The notes: generated by a model not told the origin, from the letters alone. Shown: positions 48,962-59,959, numbered from the stretch's first letter. The stretch is 64,000 nt of DNA from Kiritimatiellia bacterium (GCA_050950285.1 JBMNHG010000003.1:124001-188000), one strand, 5' to 3'. Made by a program: numbers and translations.

Positions 48962-51885
48962 CCGACGTAGGTGCGGATGGTGGCGTTGACGTCGCCGGGG
49001 CGGCCGTCCCAGCTCACGTAATGCACCCCGCCGGTGATGGCGCCGGTCACGCGGAAGGCCGTCCCGACGAGGTCGAGCGAGCTGTCGGCCTGCTTCATCC
49101 CGATCCGGAGAAGGCCGGTTTCGACGTCGCCGGCGGGAAGGCGCACGCGTCCGCCGCCGTAGGCAGCGGAACCGTCGGATCCGACGGTGAAGGACGGGGT
49201 GCGGATCCGCACCGAATCCATCGCCGCGAGATCCAGCGTGGCGAAGTCGGAGTAGCCTACCGTCACGTCGCGGACCCAGGCCTGGAAGGTGCCGCCGGCC
49301 GTCGCGGTGAGGTGGACGTCGCCGCCGGCGACATAACTGCCGCCCACCTGGAGCAGGCCGTCGGCCGACTCCGGCGATCCGACGGAAATGGAGACGCCGG
49401 CGGGGAGGCGGTGGCCGTCGGCGGGGTCGCCGAGATGCGCCGCGCCGGACCAATAGCCGCTGCCCAGCACGAGCGAGGAGCGCAGCACGAGGTTCGTGAG
49501 CCCGGTGGCGGCGTCGATGTAGAGGTTGTTGTAGCCGCGGGCCATGCGCAGGGTGTCCGCCGCGAGGGTGCCATCCGCCAGCCGCGCGCCGCGCAAGTCC
49601 AGGATGGACACGCCCGATTCGGGATCGTTCGGCGAGTTGAGGAGCAGGGTCCGGAGGTCCGCGTCGAGGGTCGTGCCGGAAAGAACCAGTCCGGAGGTCG
49701 TGCCGGCCTTGGAGACGACGGACAGGTCGGCATCGGCCAGCGCCAGCGTCCCGTTCGTGAAGACGGCGGCGGTTCCATAGCTGGTGCTTCCGACCGCGAT
49801 CGCCCCGTTGGTCACGAGAAGGGTGTTGCCGTCGAGGTCGAAGGTGTGCCGTGCGTTGTCGCCGAGAATCGCGAGGCCGCCCACCCGGCGATGGGTTTCG
49901 ACCCGGTTGGTCCCGGCGCCTTCGTTCCCGAAGGAGAGCGTGGCGGCGGTCTCGGCGGCCGGGGCGACGCCGCCCTGCCAGTTGGCGCCCCACAGCCATT
50001 CCGGGCGCGGCATGAGCGCGAGCGAGGCGCCGCCGGCCCACGCCAGCGCGCTTCCGGTGGGCGCGGCGACGGGCTTGACCGTGACAATGGCGTCGTCCGA
50101 CGTGTCGATTCCGTTCTTCGTGTAGGTGAGCGTCACGGTGTAGGTCGCGGGGTCCGCCTCTTCGCCGAGCGTCACGCCCGGGATCGTCACGACGGTTCCG
50201 TTGGAGGAGACCGTGCCCTGTGCGCAGGAGAGGAAGCGCGCTTCGGGGGCCTGGCCAAGCGGCGAAGCGTCGAGATCGTCGAGGCTGAGGACGATGTCGG
50301 TGGGGACGCCGGGCTGGACTTCGACGGTGGCGGGCCTCGCGATGACCATGGCGCCCCAGGCGCCGTCGGCGCGATGGGCCACGTAGGTGTAGCCGGCGTC
50401 CGCGTCGTAGAAGAGGTTCGCGGATCCGGGGATCTGCGAATCGTCCCACGAGAGTTTGCCGGCGGTTTGGAGCTCGGAGAGCATCACGCGGCGGTCGCCG
50501 GCGGCGCGGAGCCCCCAGTAGACGCCATTGGCGCCGGCGGAGGCGTCGGGCCCGGCGAAGACGATGCGAATCGCGCCCGCGACGGAAACCGAGGCGTCTG
50601 CCGCGAGATCGAGGCCGCCGGAGACGCCGTCCACTTCGTTGGAGACTACGCCCGTTGCGCCGATGGCGAGCGAAGTCCCGACCTGCGCCCTGCCGCCTTC
50701 GAGCACGAGGAGACCGCTGCCGAAGTCGTCGCCCACGGCGAGCGATCCGAAGACCGCCTCGCCCGTCGGGAGGAGGAGCTTCCCTTCGCCCCCGGCATTC
50801 GAGGCGCTGCTCTTGCCGATGGTGGCATCCGTGACGTCGAGAAAGGCGGAATCCATGGCCGTGAGGTCGATCACGCCGCGGCAGTAGCTGTTGCCGCCGC
50901 CCGCGTAGTGGCCCAGCACGAGCGTGCCCACGAAGCCGGTGAAGACGCCGCCTTCGCCCGGGACGAAGTAGCCTTCGATGTTCGACCATCCGCAGCGGCC
51001 GATGAAGACGTCGGCGCGCTGCTCCGCGTCCGTTCCGACGAGGATGTCGACGTTGCCGGGCATCGGCGCGGTCCCGCGTCCGCCGTACTGCCCGAGGAAG
51101 CCGCAGGAGATCTGGCCGTCGGAGATGGAGAGGCGCGTGGGGATTTCGAGGCGCTGGAGCGACGGCCCGAAGAGGATTTCGATGTCGTTCGTGCGGCCCG
51201 CGCCGCCCCAGCCGTTTCCGCCGAGCTGGAGGATGGGGGCGCGGAAGAGGCCGGCCTGCCCGTCGCCCGCGAGGGCGGCGGAACGGAAGTCCACAAGGCC
51301 GGTGCCGCCGGAGCAGTAGGAGCGATAGCCGTCGCCGACGTAGAACCCGGAAAGCCAGGCGTCGAAGGTCGAGCCGGACTCGAAGAGAAGGTGCGAGTGG
51401 GCGCGATCGGTGACCAGCTGCGAGAGCGCAACCGGCTGCGGGGCGCCTTCCGCGCCGATCCGGAGCGTGCCGCCGCGCACGACGAGCGAGGCATCGCGCG
51501 CGTAGCGTTCGAATTCGTTCACGGCGTTGTTCCCGTCGTCGTAGTGCATCGCCATCGTGAAGACGCCGTTCACGGCGAGGACGTGGCCATCGAGGTCGAG
51601 GACGTGGCTGACGGCGGCGTATCGGGGCGTCTCCGGCTGGTTGGCGCGAAGGTTGAACCCGCCGATGACGGCATCGTTGGTGAGGATGCTGGTCACGCCG
51701 TTGGCGGCGTCGCGCAGCACGGCGGTATCGGTCGCGCCGGGCATGGCCCCGCCGTCCCAGTTCGCGGCGGTCGCCCAGTTGTCGTCTGCGCCGCCGCCGG
51801 TCCACAGGACGTCCGCGCCCAGGGACGCGCCCGCCACGCATAGCGTGACGAGGGCTCCGAAAACTCCGGGAATCGATGGGTTCAT
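48682..51885 (-). CDS. Large secreted Gly-rich beta-helix (autotransporter passenger-like) protein lacking a beta-barrel
   Basis: RBS GGAGG and signal peptide. WTGGGADDNWATAANW and WLWGANW repeats; two internal halves; ends PPAAGTLFLLR. Confidence 0.72.
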   Translation of the reverse strand: MNPSIPGVFGALVTLCVAGASLGADVLWTGGGADDNWATAANWDGGAMPGATDTAVLRDAANGVTSILTNDAVIGGFNLRANQPETPRYAAVSHVLDLDGHVLAVNGVFTMAMHYDDGNNAVNEFERYARDASLVVRGGTLRIGAEGAPQPVALSQLVTDRAHSHLLFESGSTFDAWLSGFYVGDGYRSYCSGGTGLVDFRSAALAGDGQAGLFRAPILQLGGNGWGGAGRTNDIEILFGPSLQRLEIPTRLSISDGQISCGFLGQYGGRGTAPMPGNVDILVGTDAEQRADVFIGRCGWSNIEGYFVPGEGGVFTGFVGTLVLGHYAGGGNSYCRGVIDLTAMDSAFLDVTDATIGKSSASNAGGEGKLLLPTGEAVFGSLAVGDDFGSGLLVLEGGRAQVGTSLAIGATGVVSNEVDGVSGGLDLAADASVSVAGAIRIVFAGPDASAGANGVYWGLRAAGDRRVMLSELQTAGKLSWDDSQIPGSANLFYDADAGYTYVAHRADGAWGAMVIARPATVEVQPGVPTDIVLSLDDLDASPLGQAPEARFLSCAQGTVSSNGTVVTIPGVTLGEEADPATYTVTLTYTKNGIDTSDDAIVTVKPVAAPTGSALAWAGGASLALMPRPEWLWGANWQGGVAPAAETAATLSFGNEGAGTNRVETHRRVGGLAILGDNARHTFDLDGNTLLVTNGAIAVGSTSYGTAAVFTNGTLALADADLSVVSKAGTTSGLVLSGTTLDADLRTLLLNSPNDPESGVSILDLRGARLADGTLAADTLRMARGYNNLYIDAATGLTNLVLRSSLVLGSGYWSGAAHLGDPADGHRLPAGVSISVGSPESADGLLQVGGSYVAGGDVHLTATAGGTFQAWVRDVTVGYSDFATLDLAAMDSVRIRTPSFTVGSDGSAAYGGGRVRLPAGDVETGLLRIGMKQADSSLDLVGTAFRVTGAITGGVHYVSWDGRPGDVNATIRTYVGDASCGLDLAEGVPMVFGENGTLQIFFEGDPGVRPLVGFRAEGDRVAEMEALVAGGKILVDSSGLPRDARVFVHRGRTCIGLPPAAGTLFLLR

Positions 51886-52009
51886 GGCGTGTTCCTCCAG
51901 GATGAAAGGCCAGTGCCACCATGGGCTCACTGTCACTGTAAAGCATAGCGGAATCCCCGGAGGACTTCAACCGGGAAAGCGGGAAGCGAGGGGGTCGACC
52001 CGCGCACGG

Positions 52010-52050
52010 AAAAGACGGCGCGCCGCTTTTTTCGCGGCGCGCCGTCTTTT
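52010..52050. terminator. Bidirectional intrinsic terminator downstream of ppdK
   Basis: AAAAGACGGCGCGCCGC-loop-GCGGCGCGCCGTCTTTT perfect inverted repeat. Confidence 0.8.
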
Positions 52051-52074
52051 GGGTTGGAGCGTTGCCCTTCGGGG

Positions 52075-54795
52075 CTACTTCTTGGCGCGGGAGGCCTTGA
52101 TGGCGGCGTGTGCGGCGGCCACGCGCGCGATGGGCACGCGGAAGGGGCTGCACGACACGTAGGAAAGGCCCTGGCGGAAGCAGAACTCCACGCTGGCGGG
52201 GTCGCCGCCCTGTTCGCCGCAGATGCCGATCTTGAGGCCGGGACGGGCCTCGCGGCCCTTCTTGGCGGCGATTTCGATGAGCATGCCCACGCCGTCCTGG
52301 TCGATGGTCTGGAACGGGTCGGCGTCGATGATGCGCTCTTCGAGGTAGCCCTGCATGAAGGCGCCGGTGTCGTCGCGGCTGAAGCCGAAGGTCATCTGCG
52401 TGAGGTCGTTCGTCCCGAAGGAGAAGAACTCGGCCTCGGCGGCCATCTTGTCGGCGAGGAGGGCGGCGCGCGGGATTTCGATCATCGTGCCCACGTGGTA
52501 GTCGAAGGTCAGCCCGAAGCGTCCGGAGACCTCGGCGTAGACGTCCTGGATGATTCGCTTGGTGTAGGCGAGTTCGCGGGCGTCGCAGGTGACGGGCACC
52601 ATGATTTCGGGGCAGACGGCCTTGCCGGCCTTGACCATTTCGGCGGAGGCCTCGAAGACGGCCTTCACCTGGGTGGCGGTGATTTCGGGGTAGGTCACGC
52701 CGAGGCGGACGCCGCGGTGGCCCATCATCGGGTTCGACTCGAGAAGGGCGTCGCTGCGCTTCTCGATTTCCTTGACGTCCACGCCGAGTTCGCGGGCGAG
52801 TTCTTCGCGATGGCCTTCGGAGTGGGGGATGAACTCGTGCAGGGGCGGATCGAGCAGGCGGATGGTCACGGGCAGGCCTTCCATCACCTCGAGGGTGGCC
52901 TTGATGTCGCGCTTCATGTAGGGGAAGAGCTCTTCGAGGACGGCCTTGCGCTCGGTGGGGGATCCGGAGAGGATCATCTTGCGGAGGAGCTTGAGGGGTT
53001 CGTCGGAGTTCTTGCCGTAGAACATGTGCTCGGTGCGGAAGAGGCCGATGCCTTCGGCGCCGAAGGAGCGGGCCTGGCGGGCGTCGTCCGGGCTGTCCGC
53101 GTTGGTGCGCACGCCCATGGTGCGGAACTTGTCCACGAGGGACATGTAGCGCTGGAAGCGGGGGTTTTCGCTGGCGTCGATCATGTCCTGGCGGCCGGCG
53201 TAGGCGTGGCCGGTGGTCCCGTTGAGGGTGATGAAGTCGCCCCCCTTGAAGACGAGGCCGTTGGCGGAGATCGTGCGGGCGGCCGCGTCGATCTGGAGAT
53301 CGCCGGCGCCGACGATGCAGCACTTGCCCCAGCCCCGGGCCACGAGGGCCGCGTGGGAGGTCATGCCGCCGCGGGCGGTGAGGATGCCGACCGCCGCGCG
53401 CATGCCCTCGATGTCCTCGGGGTTGGTTTCTTCGCGGACGAGGATGCAGGGCTGCTTGGCGAGGAAGGAGGCGACGGCCTCTTCGGCGGTGAAGACGATG
53501 GCGCCGCAGGCGGCGCCGGGGCCGGCGGGGAGGCCCTTGACGAAGGGCTCGAGGGTCTTCTCGACCTTGGGATCGAGGATGGGGTGGAGGAGCTCGTCGA
53601 GCTGGGCGGGCTCGAGGCGCATCACGGCCTCCTGCTCGTCGATCATGCCTTCGTCGAGCATGTCCATCGCGATGTTCAGGGCGGCGGTGCCGGTGCGTTT
53701 GCCGACGCGGCACTGGAGCATGTAGAGCTTCTTGTCCTGGATGGTGAACTCGATGTCGAGCATGTCCTGGTAGTTCTTCTCGAGCGCCTCGCGGATCTCG
53801 ACGAGCTGCCGGTAGGCCTTGGGCATCAGCGTCTCCATCGACGGCATGTGCTCGTTCTGGGCGTTCTTGGTCTCGTCGTTCAGCGGGTTCGGGGTGCGGA
53901 TGCCGGCCACGACGTCTTCGCCCTGGGCGTTGATGAGCCATTCGCCGTAGAAGGTGTTCTCGCCGGTGGCGGGGTTCCGGGTGAAGGCCACGCCGGTGGC
54001 GGAGGTGTCGCCCATGTTTCCGAAGACCATGGCCTGGACGTTGCAGGCGGTGCCCCAGTCGTCCGGGATGCCTTCGATGCGGCGGTAGGCGGTGGCCTTC
54101 CTGCCGTTCCAGGACTTGAAGACGGCGCCGATGCCGCCCCAGAGCTGCTGCATGGGGTCGTCGGGGAACGGGACGCCCAGCTCCTGCTGGACGCGGCGCT
54201 TGAAGGCTTCCGCGAGGGTCTTGAGGTCGTCGGCGGTAAGCTGGGTGTCGCTCTCGTAGCCCCGGAGATGCTTGTATTCATCGAGGGCGACGTCGAGGAG
54301 GCGGCGGATGCCCACGCCCTTGGCGGGCTCGCGGCCTTCGGCCTTCTCCATCACGACGTCGGCGTACATCATGATGAGGCGGCGGTAGCTGTCCCACACG
54401 AAGCGGGGATTCTGCGTCTTTTCGATCATTCCGGGGATGGTCGAGGAGGCGAGGCCCACGTTGAGCACCGTATCCATCATGCCGGGCATGGACTTGCGGG
54501 CGCCGGAGCGGCAGGAGACGAGGAGGGGGTTCGTGGGGTCGCCATACTTCATGCCCATGGTCTCCTCGGTCTTGGCGAGGGCGGCCAGCACCTGGTCGCC
54601 AAGCCCGGGCGGAAACTTCCCGTCGTTGGCGAAATAGGCGGTACAGCATTCGGTCGTGACGGTGAAGCCGGCCGGGACGGGAAGCCCGAGGTTGCACATC
54701 TCCGCAAGGTTCGCGCCCTTGCCGCCGAGAAGGTCCTTCATCGTGGCGTCGCCTTCCGAGTAGCCGCCGCCGAACGCATAGACGAACTTGGTCAT
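52075..54795 (-). CDS. ppdK: Pyruvate, phosphate dikinase
   Basis: LLGGKGANLAEM, SMPGMMDTVLNVG, GGMTSHAALVARG, GIGLFRTEHMF, FSFGTNDLTQ and GICGEQGGDP. Confidence 0.97.
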   Translation of the reverse strand: MTKFVYAFGGGYSEGDATMKDLLGGKGANLAEMCNLGLPVPAGFTVTTECCTAYFANDGKFPPGLGDQVLAALAKTEETMGMKYGDPTNPLLVSCRSGARKSMPGMMDTVLNVGLASSTIPGMIEKTQNPRFVWDSYRRLIMMYADVVMEKAEGREPAKGVGIRRLLDVALDEYKHLRGYESDTQLTADDLKTLAEAFKRRVQQELGVPFPDDPMQQLWGGIGAVFKSWNGRKATAYRRIEGIPDDWGTACNVQAMVFGNMGDTSATGVAFTRNPATGENTFYGEWLINAQGEDVVAGIRTPNPLNDETKNAQNEHMPSMETLMPKAYRQLVEIREALEKNYQDMLDIEFTIQDKKLYMLQCRVGKRTGTAALNIAMDMLDEGMIDEQEAVMRLEPAQLDELLHPILDPKVEKTLEPFVKGLPAGPGAACGAIVFTAEEAVASFLAKQPCILVREETNPEDIEGMRAAVGILTARGGMTSHAALVARGWGKCCIVGAGDLQIDAAARTISANGLVFKGGDFITLNGTTGHAYAGRQDMIDASENPRFQRYMSLVDKFRTMGVRTNADSPDDARQARSFGAEGIGLFRTEHMFYGKNSDEPLKLLRKMILSGSPTERKAVLEELFPYMKRDIKATLEVMEGLPVTIRLLDPPLHEFIPHSEGHREELARELGVDVKEIEKRSDALLESNPMMGHRGVRLGVTYPEITATQVKAVFEASAEMVKAGKAVCPEIMVPVTCDARELAYTKRIIQDVYAEVSGRFGLTFDYHVGTMIEIPRAALLADKMAAEAEFFSFGTNDLTQMTFGFSRDDTGAFMQGYLEERIIDADPFQTIDQDGVGMLIEIAAKKGREARPGLKIGICGEQGGDPASVEFCFRQGLSYVSCSPFRVPIARVAAAHAAIKASRAKK

Positions 54796-54970
54796 GATTC
54801 TCCTTCGGTTTCGTTTTCGTATTGAAGTCAGCGGAGTGTACCCCATGGGGATAGGCGTTGTCAAATCGTGGATTGCACGCCCGGCGGGCGCGGCGCGGAG
54901 CGCACTTTTCTGGGTGGTTGACTTTGTGCGGGGGCTGGGGTAACCTTTCCCCGTGCTGTGTCACGTCAAC

Positions 54971-55062
54971 GGAGAGGTGGCAGAGTCTGGTTGATTGTAC
55001 CTGACTCGAAATCAGGCGTGCCCGCAAGGGTACCGGGGGTTCGAATCCCTCCCTCTCCGCCA
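54971..55062 (+). tRNA. tRNA-Ser (CGA)
   Basis: GGAGAGGTGGCAGAG...CCTGA-CTCGAAA-TCAGG, long variable arm GTGCCCGCAAGGGTAC, GGTTCGAATCC, and CTCTCCGCCA end. Confidence 0.95.
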
Positions 55063-55067
55063 TTTTC

Positions 55068-55094
55068 CCGCCGGCGTCCGTCGGCGGTTTTTTT
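55068..55094 (+). terminator. Intrinsic terminator after tRNA-Ser
   Basis: CCGCCGGCG / CGTCGGCGG stem followed by T7. Confidence 0.75.
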
Positions 55095-55160
55095 GTCCGT
55101 TCTCCCGTCCGCGCCGTCTCTTCCGGGGAGTTGCGCGGCCTTCGAAAGGCCCGGTTGCCC

Positions 55161-56165
55161 ATGTCCGAACCCGCTTGCCTGTGCGCGCCCATCCGTCTCG
55201 CCCCGTACTACGCCGAGGCGCTTTGGGGCGGAACCGCTATCGCCGACCGCTTCCGGCGCACGGGGCTTCCTCCCGTCTGCTCGGAGTCGTGGGAGATTTC
55301 CGGGCATCCCTCGCACCCCGGGGTGGTGGCGGACGGTCCGCTTGCCGGGCGCGCGCTCCCGGAGCTGGTGCGCGAGTTCGGCCGCGGCTTGCTCGGCACG
55401 CGCGCCCCCGACCCCGCCACCTTCCCCCTGCTGGTGAAGCTGATCGACGCGCGGAAGCGCCTCAGCCTCCAGGTGCATCCCAGCGAGGCCACCGCGAAGA
55501 TCGCCGGTGGCGAGCCGAAGACCGAAATGTGGTACGTCGTGGCGGCCGAGCCCGGCGCCTTCCTCTATGCCGGCGTCCGATGGAGCTGGCCTCCGATGCC
55601 CGTGGAGACGCTGCGCGCCGCCATCGAATCCGACACCGTCGAACCGCTCCTCAACCGCCTCGACGTGCGCGCGGGCGACGCCGTCTTCATCCCCGGCGGA
55701 CTCGCCCACGCCATCTGCGAAGGGTGCCTCATCTTCGAAATCCAGCAGAGTTCGGACACGACCTTCCGCCTGAGCGACTGGGGCCGCGTGGACGCCCATG
55801 GAGAGCGCCGCCAGCTCCACCTCGACCAAGGGCTCCGCGCCATCGAGACCGGCCTCCCCAACCCCGCGATCCGACGGGACCTCCCCGCCGCGAATGCCGG
55901 CGCGAACGCCTGGACGGACATTCTCTCCTGCCCCTTCTTCCGCCTCCGGCGCATCGACCTCCGCGAAGCCGCGACCCTGCGCTCCGACGGATCGACCTTT
56001 GCCGGACTCTTCGCGCTCCAGGGCGCCTTCGACGTGGTCGTGGACGGACAACGCACCGCCTGCCCGGCGGGAACGAGCCTCCTCCTCCCCGCCGCCCTGC
56101 CCGAATGGACTGCCGAGCCGGCCGGCGGGAAGGCCGCCGTGCTCGTCGTCACCCTTGGCGAATGA
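55161..56165 (+). CDS. manA: Class I mannose-6-phosphate isomerase (cupin)
   Basis: LWGG, ESWEIS, FPLLVKLIDA, LSLQVHP, KTEMWY, HAI and EIQQSSDTTFRL. Confidence 0.9.
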   Translation: MSEPACLCAPIRLAPYYAEALWGGTAIADRFRRTGLPPVCSESWEISGHPSHPGVVADGPLAGRALPELVREFGRGLLGTRAPDPATFPLLVKLIDARKRLSLQVHPSEATAKIAGGEPKTEMWYVVAAEPGAFLYAGVRWSWPPMPVETLRAAIESDTVEPLLNRLDVRAGDAVFIPGGLAHAICEGCLIFEIQQSSDTTFRLSDWGRVDAHGERRQLHLDQGLRAIETGLPNPAIRRDLPAANAGANAWTDILSCPFFRLRRIDLREAATLRSDGSTFAGLFALQGAFDVVVDGQRTACPAGTSLLLPAALPEWTAEPAGGKAAVLVVTLGE

Positions 56166-56248
56166 CCCTTGCCCCGCACCCGCATGCCCGCCTTCCGCAA
56201 CGGTTCCCGATTTTGCGCGGTTGACCCGGCGGGCGTGAAACGGTTACC

Positions 56249-58228
56249 ATGCATACTCCTATGAACGACGGCGAAATGGTAAATCCGGATCCGGTCGATA
56301 ACGAAGAGCTTCTGTCGCTCCAAGATTTGACCTTCTCTCCCGACTGGGCGCGCAAGCCCGCTTCGGTCACGGCGCATGGCCGCTTCCGCGAGGAAGATCC
56401 CGGCGCGTCGCGGCGGGGTCCCGGAGGCCGCCGGGACGGGGATCGCCGCTTCGGCGGAGATCGCCCTCCCCGGCGCAATCCGCTTGTCGGCCGTCCGATG
56501 CCGAAACCGGCGCGTCTCGACGCCGACGGCGCGCGGGACGACTCGCAGCGCCGCTTCGAGCGCGGTCCCCGCCGCGAGCGGGGCGACCGTCGCGACTTCC
56601 GCGGCCCGCGCGAGATGCGGCGTCCCGAGCCGCCGCCCCCGCCGCTTCCCGTGGAGGTCCGCCTGATTCCCGAGACCAAGGCCCTGGCCTCCGTGGCGCG
56701 TCGCATCCTCTCCACCCGTCGCGCCTTCCCGCTGCGCGACATCGCCCGCCTGTTCCTCGACAACCCGGAGTCGTGCCTCGTGCGCGTGGCGCGCTCGAAG
56801 GCCGCCGCAAAAGAGGAGGCGGCGGGCGACGCGTCCGCCGAAGCCCCGATCACCTTCTTCCAGTGCGGATGCTGCGGCCTGCCGACGCTCTCCGAAGACG
56901 CCCTCCGCGCCCACATCCTCGCCGAGCACTTCGAGGAGCACTTCACGATCGAGGACGTCCTGGACGAACCGCCCTCCGGCTCCTTCTCCTCGGTGGCCCG
57001 TTGCGGCCTGAGCGGCGAACTCCTTGGGCCGCCCAACCACCACAGCTTCGCGGCCTGCGTGCGCGAGATGCTCCGCACCCGCTACCCGCACATGTCCGAA
57101 GCGGACTACCGCGCCCGCATCGAGATGGTGCGCGACCCCGAGACCATCGAGCAGTGGCGCGAACAGGCCCGCCGCCGCCGCATCTTCAGGCTGAAGACGG
57201 CCGGGCCCGAAACGCCGGCCGCCGAAGCCGCCGCCCCGGAAGCGGCACAGGACGGCGAGGCCGCCCCCGCCGAAGCGGACGCCCCCGTGGCACCGCCGCT
57301 CGACCGCACGGCTGCCGAAGCGCTTTTCGCGAACGACATCCTTCCGGGGCTGATCCGCTCCGGGAGCCATTTCATCGCGCCGATCCCCACGGTGCTCAAG
57401 ACGCCCGACCGCCGCCTGGATCGCACGGTGCGCGACGCCCTGAACCGCGAGGACCAGTCCCCCGCGTCGCTTTCCTTCGCCCTGCGCGGGGCCTTCCGCC
57501 ATCGCGGCATGCACTTCTTCCGAGCCCACAACGCCCGTGGCCAGGAGTTTGTGATGGCCCGAGAGCCCGCCGCCATCGATGTCGAATACGCCGTGCCCGA
57601 GATGAAGCTCGTGCTGGAGTACGTCGCCGCGCACAAAAACTGCACGCGCTCCGAACTGCTCGCCGCCCTGTCCGAAGGCAAGGAGCCCGCCGAAGCCGGG
57701 AAGATTCTCGTCCAGCTGAACATGCTGGTCGAACGGGCCCACCTCATCGAGTACTTCAACGGCGTGCTCGCCCTCCCCGCCGAACATCCCGCCTTCAAGC
57801 CGTTGCGCGCCAGCAAGCCCAAACCCGCCGCCGGCACGAAGGCCGCGGCGGATGAAAAGGACTCCACGCCCGCCCCGGAGGCGGAGGAAGCACAACCGGC
57901 CGCGGAGGCCCCCGCCGAGGAGGCCGCGGAGGCCCCCGGGGAAACGGCCGTGGAGGAACCCGCCGAAGCAACCGCCGGGACGCCTGCGGAAACACCCGCG
58001 GAAGCGTCGGCCGGGACGCCCGAGGAGACGCCTGCGGAGACGATGCCTGCGGAGGCAGCCGCGGAAGCGTCGGCCGAAGAAACCGCGGAGGCAACCGCCG
58101 CGGCGCCCGAAGAGACGCCTGCGGAGACGCCCAAGGAAGCGCCCGCCGGAACGCCCGAGGAGACGCCCGAGGAGACGCCCGAGGAGACGCCCGAGGAGGC
58201 GGAGGCCCCGGCACCACACGATTCTTGA
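56249..58228 (+). CDS. Hypothetical protein with Arg/Gly-rich N-terminus, Cys/His motifs and acidic repeat tail
   Basis: [15 protein letters not shown]...[22 protein letters not shown]; tail of EETP/AETP repeats. Confidence 0.75.
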   Translation: MHTPMNDGEMVNPDPVDNEELLSLQDLTFSPDWARKPASVTAHGRFREEDPGASRRGPGGRRDGDRRFGGDRPPRRNPLVGRPMPKPARLDADGARDDSQRRFERGPRRERGDRRDFRGPREMRRPEPPPPPLPVEVRLIPETKALASVARRILSTRRAFPLRDIARLFLDNPESCLVRVARSKAAAKEEAAGDASAEAPITFFQCGCCGLPTLSEDALRAHILAEHFEEHFTIEDVLDEPPSGSFSSVARCGLSGELLGPPNHHSFAACVREMLRTRYPHMSEADYRARIEMVRDPETIEQWREQARRRRIFRLKTAGPETPAAEAAAPEAAQDGEAAPAEADAPVAPPLDRTAAEALFANDILPGLIRSGSHFIAPIPTVLKTPDRRLDRTVRDALNREDQSPASLSFALRGAFRHRGMHFFRAHNARGQEFVMAREPAAIDVEYAVPEMKLVLEYVAAHKNCTRSELLAALSEGKEPAEAGKILVQLNMLVERAHLIEYFNGVLALPAEHPAFKPLRASKPKPAAGTKAAADEKDSTPAPEAEEAQPAAEAPAEEAAEAPGETAVEEPAEATAGTPAETPAEASAGTPEETPAETMPAEAAAEASAEETAEATAAAPEETPAETPKEAPAGTPEETPEETPEETPEEAEAPAPHDS

Positions 58229-58248
58229 GTAGGTTAGAAGGAGTGTCC

Positions 58249-59934
58249 ATGTTGAAGATCGCAATCGGTGCGGACCACGGTGGCTTCGCGCTCAAACAGG
58301 AAGTTGTCCGGTACCTCGTGTCCAAAGGCATGGAGGTCGACGACGTCGGCGCCCACGCCTACGAACGCGAGGACGACTACCCGGAGTTCGCCATTGCCGT
58401 GGCCGAGCGCGTGGCCGGAAGCCGCTGCGACCGCGGCATCCTCATTTGCACCACCGGCACCGGGATGGCCATCGCCGCCAACCGCTTCCGCGGCGTGCGC
58501 GCCGCGCTGGGCTACGACGCCGACGCCGCCACGCGATCCGTCTCGCACAACAACGCGAACGTCCTCGTGCTCGCCGCCTCGAAGCTCGACATCGCCCGGG
58601 CCTCCGAGATCCTCGACGCCTGGTTCGCCGCCTCGTTCTCCCCCGAGGTCCGCCACGCCCGCCGCGTCGCGATGATCGAAAGGGGCGGCCGCCTGGGCGA
58701 AACCGCCACGCTGGCCCGCCTCGACCCCGAAGTCCACGCCGCCATCGCCGCGCAGATCCACCAGGAGGACACCACGATCAACCTGATCGCCTCCGAGAAC
58801 TACACCACCCGCGCCGTGCGCGAGGCCCAGGGATCGGTCTTCACCAACAAGTACGCCGAAGGCTATCCCTCGAAGCGCTGGTACGGCGGCTGCGGCCCCG
58901 TCGATGCCGTCGAAACCCTCGCCATCGAACGCGCCAAGGCCCTCTTCGGCGCCGAGGCCGCGAACGTCCAGCCCCACTGCGGCGCCTTCGCCAACCTCGC
59001 CGTGTACCTCGCCATGCTCGAGCCGGGCGACACCATCCTCGCGATGTCCCTCGACCAGGGCGGCCACCTCTCCCACGGCTCCCCCGCCAACATCTCCGGC
59101 AAGAGCTACCGCATCGTGCCCTACACGCTGGACCCCGAGACCGAGGTGATCGACTACGACGCCGCCGAGGAGCTCGCCCTGCGCGAAAAGCCGCGCCTCA
59201 TCCTCGCCGGCGCCAGCGCCTACCCGCGCCTCCTCGATTTCGCGCGCTTCCGCGACATCGCCGACAAGGCGGGCGCCTACCTGCTCGTGGACATGGCGCA
59301 CATCGCGGGCCTCGTGGCCGGCGGCGCGCACCCTTCGCCCGTGCCGTACGCCGACTTCGTCACCTCCACCACGCACAAGACCCTGCGCGGCCCGCGCGGC
59401 GGCCTCATCCTCTGCCGCGAGAAGTACCTGAAGGCCATCAACCACGCCATCTTCCCCGGCATGCAGGGCGGCCCGCTCGAGCATGCCATCGCCGCCAAGG
59501 CCGTCTGCTTCCGCGAGGCCATGGCCCCCGGGTTCAAGCAGTACGCGGAGCAGGTGGTGAAGAACTCCATCCGCCTCTGCTCCCGCGTGAAGGAACTGGG
59601 CTTCCGCATCGTCTCCGGCGGAACCGACAACCACCTCTTCCTGGTGGATGTCGCCAGCCGCGGACTCACCGGCAAGCTCTGCTCCGCCGCCCTCGAAGCC
59701 GCCGGCATCATCGCCAACAAGAACACGATCCCGTACGACAGGAACAGCCCGTTCATCACCTCCGGCATCCGCATCGGAACCCCTTCCGTCACCACGCGTG
59801 GCATGAAAGAGGCCGAGATGGACCAGATCGCCGACTGGATCGCCCAGGTGCTCGCGGCGCCCGAAGACGCCGCCCTCCACGAGCGCATCCGCAACGAGGT
59901 CGCGGTCTTCGCCTCGCGCTTCCCCGTCCCCTGA
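58249..59934 (+). CDS. glyA: RpiB-serine hydroxymethyltransferase fusion
   Basis: N-terminal RpiB ([39 protein letters not shown]) in frame with SHMT ([41 protein letters not shown]). Confidence 0.93.
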   Translation: MLKIAIGADHGGFALKQEVVRYLVSKGMEVDDVGAHAYEREDDYPEFAIAVAERVAGSRCDRGILICTTGTGMAIAANRFRGVRAALGYDADAATRSVSHNNANVLVLAASKLDIARASEILDAWFAASFSPEVRHARRVAMIERGGRLGETATLARLDPEVHAAIAAQIHQEDTTINLIASENYTTRAVREAQGSVFTNKYAEGYPSKRWYGGCGPVDAVETLAIERAKALFGAEAANVQPHCGAFANLAVYLAMLEPGDTILAMSLDQGGHLSHGSPANISGKSYRIVPYTLDPETEVIDYDAAEELALREKPRLILAGASAYPRLLDFARFRDIADKAGAYLLVDMAHIAGLVAGGAHPSPVPYADFVTSTTHKTLRGPRGGLILCREKYLKAINHAIFPGMQGGPLEHAIAAKAVCFREAMAPGFKQYAEQVVKNSIRLCSRVKELGFRIVSGGTDNHLFLVDVASRGLTGKLCSAALEAAGIIANKNTIPYDRNSPFITSGIRIGTPSVTTRGMKEAEMDQIADWIAQVLAAPEDAALHERIRNEVAVFASRFPVP

Positions 59935-59959
59935 TCCCGCCGGCCCCCCGAGGTTCCGG

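Noticed and set aside
48116..53941. Very long alternative-frame ORFs (1941 aa here; also 11029-14679, 33649-37251, 48742-51843 and others)
   Set aside because: These are Arg/Pro/Gly-rich or antisense shadows of real genes, expected at this GC content and codon bias.
54971..55094. tRNA-Ser as an island attachment site
   Set aside because: It is followed by a terminator and housekeeping genes, and no repeat of its 3' end was found.
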